Shown here piece by piece: positions 26,691 to 34,861 of a DNA stretch of 64,000 nt. Positions within the stretch are counted from its first letter, which is position 1; each line of letters opens with the position of its first letter. Below the pieces are notes generated by a model. It ran no database searches and was not told the origin of the DNA. It saw only the letters and a list, made by a program, of their open reading frames with translations. Made by a program: the position numbers and the translations under genes. Origin of the DNA: an uncultured Clostridia bacterium (GTDB taxonomy: Bacteria > Bacillota > Clostridia > Christensenellales > CAMQZB01); NCBI GenBank assembly GCA_964541255.1, contig CAZIPL010000001.1, forward strand, positions 2,432 to 66,431, read 5' to 3'.

Positions 26691-27719
26691 ATGGATAGAA
26701 AAGTTAGAGTTGTGCAGTACGGTTGCGGTAAAATGTCGAAGTACATTATTCGTTATCTTTACAATCACGGTGCCGAAATAGTCGGCGCTATCGACGTCGA
26801 TCCTCAGGTTGTGGGAATGGACATCGGCGATTATGCTGAGCTCGGACACAAGACGGGCGTTATCATTTCTAGTGATACGGATAGAGTTTTGGACGAAAGC
26901 CACGCAGACGTTGCGGTAGTAACGCTTTTCAGCTTCGTAAACGACATCTATTCGCACGTAGAGAAATGCGTTTCTCGCGGAATTAACGTCATTACGACTT
27001 GCGAAGAGGCGATTTATCCTATGACGACGGCAAAAGAGCAGGTTGAACGCCTTGTCGAGATTGCAAAAGAGCATAATTGCACAATCACAGGCTCCGGAAT
27101 GCAGGATATTTTCTGGATCAACATGGTCGGAATCGCAGCGGCAGGTTGCGACAGCTTGACGAAGATTAAAGGAGCGTATAGCTACAACGTAGACGAATAC
27201 GGTCTCGCTCTTGCAAAGGCTCACGGATGTGATCTTTCTCCCGAAGAATTCGAAGAGCAAATCGCTCATCCCGCGGAGTTCGAACCTTCTTATGCTTGGA
27301 ATGCAAGCGAAGCTATCTGCAACAAGCTCGGCTTGACGATAAAATCAATCGATCAAAAGCACGTTCCTTATATCGTCGATCACGACGTATTCAGCACGAC
27401 GCTCGGTTCCACGATTAAGGCAGGTCGTTGCATAGGTATGTCCGCGGTAGTTACTATCGAAACGGAGCAGGGAATCACGGTCGAAGAAGAAACTATCGGA
27501 AAGGTATACGGCCCCGACGACGGCGATATGTGCGACTGGTGGCTTACCGGCGAACCCAACGTCGAATACCACGTTGTTAAGCCTGCAACGGTAGAGCATA
27601 CTTGCGCTACTATCGTAAACCGTATTCCGTCCCTTATCAAGGCTCCCGCAGGATACGTAACTTGCGACCAGCTCGAAGAAGTTCGCTTCCTTACGGAATC
27701 TATGGAAAAATATTGCTAA
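26691..27719 (+). CDS. NAD(P)-dependent oxidoreductase, DapB-N-like Rossmann fold (2,4-diaminopentanoate/amine dehydrogenase-like family)
   Basis: Strong RBS aaggagga. N-terminus [33 protein letters not shown]; 342 aa. Family assignment is from memory of Ord/native amine dehydrogenases. Confidence 0.55.
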   Translation: MDRKVRVVQYGCGKMSKYIIRYLYNHGAEIVGAIDVDPQVVGMDIGDYAELGHKTGVIISSDTDRVLDESHADVAVVTLFSFVNDIYSHVEKCVSRGINVITTCEEAIYPMTTAKEQVERLVEIAKEHNCTITGSGMQDIFWINMVGIAAAGCDSLTKIKGAYSYNVDEYGLALAKAHGCDLSPEEFEEQIAHPAEFEPSYAWNASEAICNKLGLTIKSIDQKHVPYIVDHDVFSTTLGSTIKAGRCIGMSAVVTIETEQGITVEEETIGKVYGPDDGDMCDWWLTGEPNVEYHVVKPATVEHTCATIVNRIPSLIKAPAGYVTCDQLEEVRFLTESMEKYC

Positions 27720-27977
27720 ACAGATAAAAAATACGTCGCATTTTTCAAAGATTTGAATTATTCGAAATAGATAATCGAAAGTTTTTATAGCTTTTCAATC
27801 GTCTTTCGCAATATGCGGCGAAAATAAAACAAAGCAACGAAAATCTTCGCTTAAATTAAAGCGGAGATTTTTCTTTTGAAAAATTACTTTGACGAGATAT
27901 ATCGCTAAAAAGGTTGATATTTGTCGATAAAATATAGTATTCTTTTATGGATAAGTACAAATAAGGTAATTTCATAA

Positions 27978-28652
27978 ATGAGACCGAGACACAAAAAGCA
28001 TTTGAACGAGAGAATAGAAAAGGCGAGCAAGCATCTTTTGATTGTGGAAAAGCCCGAGGCGAATTTCAAAGAAGCCAACGATAATAAGGAGTATTTGGAC
28101 TTTTCCGCTATTTTTCAAAACGACAACCCGATAGATCTCGAAATAGGAAGCGGAATGGGGGACTTTGCGATTAAGTATGCAAAATCTCACCCCGAACGCA
28201 ACCTAATCGCTATTGAACTTGTCCGCGACGTTCTTGTCGTCGCGCTTGAAAAGCTTTCGGACGACGACGTAAAGAACTTGCGTTTTTTGTCGATTGCGGC
28301 GGAGTATTTGCCGAAATTCTTTGCCACAGATTCGATAGAAAACATCTTCTTGAACTTTTCGACCCCTTTCCCGAAAAAGTCCTATGCGAAAAAGCGTTTG
28401 ACGAGCGATCGCTTCCTTTTGTCGTATAAAGACGTTTTGAAAGAGGGCGGAAAGATAATTCAAAAGACCGATAACGTTCCGCTTTTTGACTATTCGCTCG
28501 AGCGTATGACGGAAAACGGCTTTGAGATAATTGAAAAAACGTACGATATGTATAGTGGCGATACGTCGGGAAATATCGCTACGGAATATGAAACCAAGTT
28601 TTTGTCGCAAGGCGTAAAAATCTGTAAGCTCGTCGCGGTAAATAAGAAATAG
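27978..28652 (+). CDS. trmB: tRNA (guanine46-N7)-methyltransferase
   Basis: DLEIGSGMGDFAIKYAKSHPERNLIAIE SAM motif, FPKKSYAKKRL, 224 aa. Confidence 0.8.
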   Translation: MRPRHKKHLNERIEKASKHLLIVEKPEANFKEANDNKEYLDFSAIFQNDNPIDLEIGSGMGDFAIKYAKSHPERNLIAIELVRDVLVVALEKLSDDDVKNLRFLSIAAEYLPKFFATDSIENIFLNFSTPFPKKSYAKKRLTSDRFLLSYKDVLKEGGKIIQKTDNVPLFDYSLERMTENGFEIIEKTYDMYSGDTSGNIATEYETKFLSQGVKICKLVAVNKK

Positions 28653-28764
28653 CTTGAATTCAGAAAAGCTCTCAACATAGCTTGCAAAAACAAAACATAT
28701 AATGTTATACTAAATAAGTACGTCGGGTGTTTCTCGGCATTTCGAACGATTTCGAGGATATATT

Positions 28765-29580
28765 TTGGCTAACATTGAAGAACTGAAAAGAATAGCCGCA
28801 AGGGTAAGAAAGACCGTTTTGGAGGTTTGTAACAAAACCGGTGGCGGTCATGTCGGCAGCTCGCTTAGTGCTGTCGAGATTTTGACGTACCTTTATGCGG
28901 AAAAGCTTAACGTGCAAAAAGAGGGAACGTTACTGTCTAAAAGAGACTCTTTCGTTTTGAGTAAGGGGCATGCGGGGCTTGCTCTTTGCGCGCTTTTTTC
29001 GGAACTCGGATTTATGGAAAGAAAAGAGCTTGACGGTTTTAATTCTTTCGACGCAACCGTTTCTATTCACCTTGACGAAAGAAAGCTTCCGCTTGTAGAC
29101 GTTTCGACGGGCTCTTTGGGACACGGCGAAGGGGTTGCTCTTGGTATGGCAATAGGCAATTCTATCAAAAATAACGGAAAGAAAGTATATTGCCTTTTGG
29201 GAGACGGCGAGCTTAACGAGGGAAGCACGTTCGAGGCGTTTGCCGCGGTGAATGCTTTTCAAGCGAAAAATCTCGTTACGATAATAGATTACAACGGCTT
29301 TATGCTCGATGGCGCGGCTAAAGATGTTTTCCCCTTTGAACCGATTGCCGAAAAGCTCGAAGCATTCGGTTTTATCGTTATTCCTTGCGACGGACACGAT
29401 TTTACCGATATCGAAAGAGCGTTCGACGAGGCGGAAATGGCGAATAAGCCTTGCGCGATACTTGCAAAGACCGTCAAGGGCAAAGGCGTCAGCTTTATGG
29501 AAAACAACGTAAATTGGCACTACGGCGCTCCGACGGACGAGGAGCTTAAAAAGGCGACGGAGGAGATAGACAATGCTTGA
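28765..29580 (+). CDS. Transketolase, N-terminal subunit (split form)
   Basis: GGGHVGSSLSAVEILTYLY, GSLGHGEGVALGMA, GDGELNEGS. TTG start 28765 follows gagga. Confidence 0.9.
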   Translation: MANIEELKRIAARVRKTVLEVCNKTGGGHVGSSLSAVEILTYLYAEKLNVQKEGTLLSKRDSFVLSKGHAGLALCALFSELGFMERKELDGFNSFDATVSIHLDERKLPLVDVSTGSLGHGEGVALGMAIGNSIKNNGKKVYCLLGDGELNEGSTFEAFAAVNAFQAKNLVTIIDYNGFMLDGAAKDVFPFEPIAEKLEAFGFIVIPCDGHDFTDIERAFDEAEMANKPCAILAKTVKGKGVSFMENNVNWHYGAPTDEELKKATEEIDNA

Positions 29581-30523
29581 AGAAAAGACAAAAACTCCTT
29601 GCGCAATGACAAGTGCCGTTGCCGAAGAATTGATAAAAATGGCAAAATCCGACGAAAACATATACGCAGTTACTGCGGACGTTGCTCATTCTACGGATTT
29701 TGAATTGATAAGAAAAGAACTGCCTACGCGTTTTATCAACGTAGGTATTGCCGAGCAAAACGCCATAGCGTTATCGTCGGGCTTAGCGAGAGTAGGCTTA
29801 AAGCCATATGTAGCGATGTTTTCGTCCTTTGCGTCAAAACGTGCGCTTGACTTTATTTTCGCCGACGTTTGCTATCCGTCTCTTCCCGTAACGATAGTCG
29901 CAACCCACGGCGGAACGTCGTTCGGCGAGGCGGGCGCTACGCATCACGCGCTTTCCGATATAACGATTATGCGTTCTTTGCCGAATATTGCCGTTGTCGT
30001 TCCTTGCGACGCGTGCGAAGCGAGAAAGGCTGTTAAGGCGACGGAAAACTACGGAAAGCCCGTATATTTAAGAATAAACCGCGGCGAAGAAGAAATAGTT
30101 GCAAAAGAAGAAAGCGCGTTTGAAATCGGCAAAGCCGACCTTTTGAAAGAGGGGAAAGACGTTGCGATAATAGCTTGCGGCTCGTGCGTCGGAGAAAGTC
30201 TTTTGGCGGCGAAATCTCTTGAAAATAAGGGGATAAACGCAAGAGTAATAAATATGCATACGATAAAGCCTATTGACGAAAAATGCGTAGTTGAGGCTGC
30301 AAAGCTCGGCGTTGTGATGACTGTCGAAGACGGTAGGAATACAGGTCTTGGTGGCGCGGTTTCGGAAGTAATTACCGATAACGGAATAGCGTGCAAAACG
30401 TTGCGCTTAGGGATCGACGGAATATGCAAGGTCGGAATGCATAAGGATATTATGCACTATTACGGAATCGACTCTTTTGGAATAGAAAAAGCCGTTGAAA
30501 AACTTCTGAATAAAAAAGCATGA
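29573..30523 (+). CDS. Transketolase, C-terminal subunit (split form)
   Basis: RFINVGIAEQNAIALSSGLA; overlaps the N-terminal subunit gene by 8 nt. Confidence 0.9.
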   Translation: MLEEKTKTPCAMTSAVAEELIKMAKSDENIYAVTADVAHSTDFELIRKELPTRFINVGIAEQNAIALSSGLARVGLKPYVAMFSSFASKRALDFIFADVCYPSLPVTIVATHGGTSFGEAGATHHALSDITIMRSLPNIAVVVPCDACEARKAVKATENYGKPVYLRINRGEEEIVAKEESAFEIGKADLLKEGKDVAIIACGSCVGESLLAAKSLENKGINARVINMHTIKPIDEKCVVEAAKLGVVMTVEDGRNTGLGGAVSEVITDNGIACKTLRLGIDGICKVGMHKDIMHYYGIDSFGIEKAVEKLLNKKA

Positions 30524-30575
30524 TATGCTTTTTAAAATAATAACGGAAGCTAAGTTTGCTTCCTTTTGTTTTGTG

Positions 30576-32138
30576 ATGATAAAAATCGACAACATAAAAC
30601 TAAATATATCCGCAAATGAAGATTTGCTGAAAAAGGTCGCGGCGGAAAAGCTGTCTACGAGCATAAAGAATATCAAGTCGTATACGATATTGAAAAAATC
30701 GATAGACGCGAGAAATAAAGAGGACATAAAATATGTTTATTCCGTCGCGGCAGAGCTTTTCGACGAAAGGTGTGCAAAAAAATTCGAAAGAATCGAGCTT
30801 GACGATATGGGCTTAGATTCGATAGAGTATCTTCCTATCGATAAGGGTAAGCGCATTGCCGTTGTCGGCAGCGGACCTGCGGGACTTTTTTGCGCTCTGA
30901 CTTTGATTAAAAGGGGTGCGACTCCAGTTGTTTTTGAAAGAGGTTATGAGGTCGAAAGGCGAGTCGAAGAGATAGAAAAGTTTATAAAAACGGGAGTTCT
31001 CAACGAGGAATGCAACGTGCAGTTCGGCGAGGGCGGCGCGGGAACGTATTCCGACGGAAAGCTCAATACGGGGACGAAATCTCCGTATATCAAAGCGGTG
31101 CTCAAAGAGTTTGTCAATTTCGGCGCGCCCGAAGAGATTTTGTACTTGAATAAACCTCATATCGGCACGGATATTTTGCAAACCGTAGTAAAAAACATGC
31201 GTGAATATATAATCGCAAACGGCGGAAAGTTTTTCTTCGGGACGAAAATAACGTCTTTTACGACAAAAGACGGAAAGCTCGATAAATTGAAATTTACGGG
31301 CGAACATAACGGCGAAGAGCACTTTGATTGTGCCGTTTTCGCGATAGGCCATTCGTCGAGAGATACCTTTGAAATGCTTTTGCATAAGGGTGTTTTGATG
31401 GAAAGAAAGCCCTTTTCCGTAGGCGTAAGGGCGGAACATTTGCAAACCACAATAAATAAAGCGCAATACGGAATAGAGTATTCTCCGTATTTGCCGCCTG
31501 CCGATTATAAGCTTGCCGCAAAAGCTTCAGACGGCAGAGGAGTATATAGCTTTTGTATGTGCCCTGGCGGAGAAGTCGTTATGGCGGCGAGTGAAAAAGG
31601 TATGGCTGTTACGAACGGTATGAGCTACCACGCAAGGGATAAGCAAAACGCAAATGCCGCAATTCTCGTTTCGGTCGAGCCGAGCGATTTCGGCGACGGC
31701 AATGTGCTTATGGGTGTGGAATTCCAAAGAAAATTAGAGCGCAAAGCGTTCGAAATAAGTAGTGCTTATAAAGGCGCGACGCAAAGATATATAGACCTAA
31801 AAAACAACGTAGCTTCAAGTAGCATAGGGAACGTCACTCCGTCGATAAGAAGCGGCTATACACTATGCAATTTGCGAGAGGTTTTGCCAAAATACGTTAG
31901 TTTTGGAATAATTGACGGAATGGAAAGGTTCGGAAAAATTTTGAAAGGCTTCGACGATGCCGATACGATTTTAACGGGTGTCGAAACAAGATCGAGCTCG
32001 CCCGTTCGCATACTCCGCGACGAAACATTCAATTCGAGCGTTATCGGCATATACCCGTGCGGCGAGGGGGCAGGCTATGCCGGCGGAATAACAAGCGCTG
32101 CAGTCGACGGTATCAAATGCGCCCTCAAAATCCAATGA
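30576..32138 (+). CDS. FAD-dependent oxidoreductase-like protein (COG2509-type, uncharacterised)
   Basis: IAVVGSGPAGLFCALTL dinucleotide motif and C-terminal YPCGEGAGYAGGITSAAVDG. Start is uncertain: ATG 30576 gives the MIKIDNIKLNI N-terminus typical of the family, and ATG 30525 is the alternative. A weak hairpin ggaagc/gcttcc + T-run sits at 30545-30572. Confidence 0.7.
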   Translation: MIKIDNIKLNISANEDLLKKVAAEKLSTSIKNIKSYTILKKSIDARNKEDIKYVYSVAAELFDERCAKKFERIELDDMGLDSIEYLPIDKGKRIAVVGSGPAGLFCALTLIKRGATPVVFERGYEVERRVEEIEKFIKTGVLNEECNVQFGEGGAGTYSDGKLNTGTKSPYIKAVLKEFVNFGAPEEILYLNKPHIGTDILQTVVKNMREYIIANGGKFFFGTKITSFTTKDGKLDKLKFTGEHNGEEHFDCAVFAIGHSSRDTFEMLLHKGVLMERKPFSVGVRAEHLQTTINKAQYGIEYSPYLPPADYKLAAKASDGRGVYSFCMCPGGEVVMAASEKGMAVTNGMSYHARDKQNANAAILVSVEPSDFGDGNVLMGVEFQRKLERKAFEISSAYKGATQRYIDLKNNVASSSIGNVTPSIRSGYTLCNLREVLPKYVSFGIIDGMERFGKILKGFDDADTILTGVETRSSSPVRILRDETFNSSVIGIYPCGEGAGYAGGITSAAVDGIKCALKIQ

Positions 32139-32264
32139 CGAGGTCGATGAAACCGAATTCAATCCCGTATGTCTTATGCTCAACTTTCGTCGCAGTATAG
32201 TAAAACCAAACTTGTATTGCGATAGCTCAACTTTCACCGTAATAAAAAACGACTAATCAAAATA

Positions 32265-32320
32265 GGCTCCCTTAGTAATGGCGCTGTTTCGGCGTTGCCG
32301 AGACTGAGGGATTGATAAAA
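32265..32320 (+). repeat. Copy B of the GACTGAGGGATTG-tail element
   Basis: ggctccc...tcggc gtt gccga GACTGAGGGATTGATAAAA. The 13-mer GACTGAGGGATTG is identical to copy A. Confidence 0.75.
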
Positions 32321-32350
32321 TGCAGCATAACATTGTTTTATTGACTCTAA

Positions 32351-32367
32351 CTCGTAGGGCGGTGGCT
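32351..32367 (+). repeat. Truncated GTAGGGCGG unit, 17/17 identical to 25313-25329
   Basis: ctcgtagggcggtggct is present, but the 3' arm (ctgccgcc) seen at 25330-25340 is absent here. Confidence 0.8.
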
Positions 32368-32471
32368 TTTGTCAAGAGTAAGATTGTTAACAACTTGTGC
32401 AATGACATTGTATACGCATTTGGATTGCATGATTGCGCATATGTAAGCTGAACGAAGCGTAGCGGAGCTGG

Positions 32472-33628
32472 GTAGATTGTCAAGCAAGTGCAACGCCAAA
32501 GAATATTTCGTAGGGGGTTTTCCACCCCAAGCATTTTTTAGGTCTTTTGTTTATGGATAATACTACTTCGTTTAGGCTTTTTTCGTCCAATGTATGAAAA
32601 TTATATCCTTTGGGATAATAAAATCTTAATATATCGTTTGTATTTTCATTTGTTCCTCTTTGCCATGGTTTATGTGGCTCTGCAAAATACACCTCCGCAT
32701 TTATTCTTTTCTCTAATTCTCTGAATTCCGAAAATTCAGATCCATTATCCAACAAAATACTTTTAACCGGTTTACTCTTTAATAGCTTTTCTATCATTTC
32801 TCTTGTTTCAGTAGCCGACCGACTTCGTATTATTCTCGCACATAAATATCTACTCTTTCTATTCACCAATGTTACTAATAAACCTTTTCCGATTCCTCCG
32901 TAAACGGTATCACCCTCCCAATCGCCTATTCGCATACGTTTTTTGATCTCATCTTTCCATTCGGGGTGTATAGTATTATAGTTGCTGCTTCGAGGATATC
33001 TATGTTTATCTCGTCGTCTTAAGTGTTCTTTTGCTGTAATTTTGGGAAATCTATTCTCTTTTATTGCTCTATATATCGTTGATACGCTTATTCTTTTACG
33101 TTGGGGATTCTCCAATCCCCAACGTCCGCTTATTTGTTCCGGGCTCCAATATTCTTTTAGGTGTTTTACGACATATTCCCATTCTTCTGTATTTGGTTTT
33201 AAAGCATAATTATCTCGGTGGCGTCTTCGCATTATATATAAAGTTTGAGCTCTCCACGAATTATACCAAAACGTATTATCCGACTTTCCGTGAGGTTTGA
33301 ATTTCGCTTTATTTCTTCTTACTTCTCGACTGATTGTAGACGGACTTCTCCCTAATATATCTGCAATTCCCCTAAAACTAATTCCTTCGGCAAGAAATTT
33401 TTGTAGACTTTTTCTTTCTTCTATTGTAAAATGATTATATGACTTCATACTACTCCTTTGTATATGTGTTTTGTGGATAATTACATTTTATACTTTGGAC
33501 GATATGAAGTCTATTCTTTTTATCTAAGTCTATATTCTTCATTCAAGGCTTCGCCTTTTATTCAAAATATAGACTTTCCTTAATGGGCTTTCTTATTCTT
33601 GTGTTGCACTTCAAATTATATCCTATCC
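32472..33628 (-). mobile_element. IS30-family insertion sequence (~1.16 kb; ends approximate)
   Basis: Single transposase ORF. Terminal inverted repeats share the core AAGTGCAAC (32486-32494 versus the reverse complement of 33603-33611). The left end, gGTAGATTGTCAAGCAAGTGCAACGCC, begins like IS30-type IRs. The left IR overlaps the 3' end of the transposase gene. Confidence 0.7.
32480..33448 (-). CDS. IS30-family DDE transposase
   Basis: N-terminal HTH HFTIEERKSLQKFLAEG...STISREVRRN. DDE region DWEGDT ... LDNGSEF ... PWQRGTNENTN. Confidence 0.9.
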   Translation of the reverse strand: MKSYNHFTIEERKSLQKFLAEGISFRGIADILGRSPSTISREVRRNKAKFKPHGKSDNTFWYNSWRAQTLYIMRRRHRDNYALKPNTEEWEYVVKHLKEYWSPEQISGRWGLENPQRKRISVSTIYRAIKENRFPKITAKEHLRRRDKHRYPRSSNYNTIHPEWKDEIKKRMRIGDWEGDTVYGGIGKGLLVTLVNRKSRYLCARIIRSRSATETREMIEKLLKSKPVKSILLDNGSEFSEFRELEKRINAEVYFAEPHKPWQRGTNENTNDILRFYYPKGYNFHTLDEKSLNEVVLSINKRPKKCLGWKTPYEIFFGVALA

Positions 33629-33705
33629 ACCTCCCTCGTATAATATAATTAATTAGTTTTTTTGCAAGGAACTAAAGTTCTGTCCTGCCTTGCCACAATC
33701 AGAGC

Positions 33706-33742
33706 AAAACAAAAGGAACCAATAAATTGGTTCCTTTTGTTT
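33706..33742. terminator. Bidirectional intrinsic terminator abutting the tRNA 3' end
   Basis: aaaacaaaaggaacc / ggttccttttgtttt, a 15-bp stem with an 8-nt loop. Confidence 0.8.
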
Positions 33743-33818
33743 TGGAGCTGATAGCGGGAATCGGACCCGCGACCCCATCCCTACCAAGGATGTGCTCTAC
33801 CGACTGAGCCATATCAGC
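33743..33818 (-). tRNA. tRNA-Thr (anticodon GGU), CCA encoded
   Basis: Reverse complement: GCTGATA TG GCTC AGTCGGTA GAGC A CATCC TTGGTAG GGATG GGGTC GCGGG TCCGATT CCCGC TATCAGC T CCA. Cloverleaf folds by hand; 76 nt. Confidence 0.85.
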
Positions 33819-33910
33819 ATCAACTTTGATATTATAGGGGATAATAGGATTTTTGTCAATAAAAAATGGACAAAAACTCGCGGAAAAATTTCGATTGTCA
33901 AAAATTCTCT

Positions 33911-34858
33911 TTATTGTCGCGATTTCTTTCTAAGGTCGTCAAAGTCGAAAGGTATTGTGCGAGAGGTCGTTTTGTCAAATAATCTCGATGCGAGGCGCTG
34001 GTCGTATCTTTCTGCCACTAAGTCGGGCGAAAGGTTTGTCGTTACGATAGTGAGCTTCCCGTGGTTATTTCTTTCGTTGAGAAGATTTGTCAAATACTCT
34101 TTCGTCACGTTGCGGAAAATCGGCTCTGTGCCCAAATCGTCGATAAGAAGTACGTCGCTGTTGCATGCTGCGGCGAACGATTCAGACAAGCTTTCGTCGA
34201 AGCTTGTATGATATTTGAGGAAGAAATTATTGAGCGAAAATGCCGACAGCGTCAACGTATCGAATCCGCGTTGGCTAAGTTCTTTTGCGATTGCCTTTGC
34301 AAAATACGTTTTTCCCGTTCCGCTTTTGCCTACAAACGCGAAGAATCTCGGCGCGTTTTTAGGGAAGCTTTCGCAAAGCGACATAAACTTATTTTTGAGC
34401 GTCGAATATTTTTCCGACTGCTCGTCGTTCTCGAAAGGGGAGAAGATAGTCGAAAGCGCAGGAACGTCGTTGCCGTTTTCGCCTAAACTACGCTCTCTCA
34501 ATTTATTGATAAGCTCTGTTTTGCACTTGCATGTCTTGCCGCCTACATATCCCGTATCGCCGCAAACTTTGCAATAGTAATTCGGCTCGAGGTTTTTGAG
34601 CTTCAATCCGTGAGTATTCAAAAGCGCTTCGAGAATGTTTGTTGTTTTAGAAAGCTCTTTTTCTGCCTCATTACGTTCTTTCGAGCCGTTTTCGAGCCTT
34701 GTCAATACAATTTCAAGCTCTTTTACTTTTGCGTATTGCTCTGAAAAGCCCGTTATTTTTTTTGCGGTGGCGAGGTTTTTCTCCGCGGCAATATTTGCTA
34801 TATAATTTCTTGCCGAAATTGTTTTGTCTGCTTTGTGGGCGATAAGCTTGTCGTTCAT
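33911..34858 (-). CDS. DnaC/DnaI-family replicative helicase loader (AAA+ ATPase with N-terminal zinc motif)
   Basis: CKVCGDTGYVGGKTCKC, Walker A GKSGTGKTYFAKAIA, Walker B VLLIDDLG. Confidence 0.75.
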   Translation of the reverse strand: MNDKLIAHKADKTISARNYIANIAAEKNLATAKKITGFSEQYAKVKELEIVLTRLENGSKERNEAEKELSKTTNILEALLNTHGLKLKNLEPNYYCKVCGDTGYVGGKTCKCKTELINKLRERSLGENGNDVPALSTIFSPFENDEQSEKYSTLKNKFMSLCESFPKNAPRFFAFVGKSGTGKTYFAKAIAKELSQRGFDTLTLSAFSLNNFFLKYHTSFDESLSESFAAACNSDVLLIDDLGTEPIFRNVTKEYLTNLLNERNNHGKLTIVTTNLSPDLVAERYDQRLASRLFDKTTSRTIPFDFDDLRKKSRQ

Positions 34859-34861
34859 AGA

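Noticed and set aside
28765-30523. Link between the split transketolase and the 48.8-52.7 kb kinase/aldolase/reductase operon as one sulfoquinovose-type pathway
   Set aside because: The loci are about 20 kb apart with unrelated genes between them. Split transketolase is common in Clostridia. No sulfoquinovosidase, isomerase or sulfonate exporter is present, so this is kept only as an analogy in the operon finding.
32253-32534. 93-aa minus-strand ORF spanning the IS30 end and the repeat copy B
   Set aside because: It overlaps the transposase 3' end and the IR and reads through repeat elements. It has no RBS.
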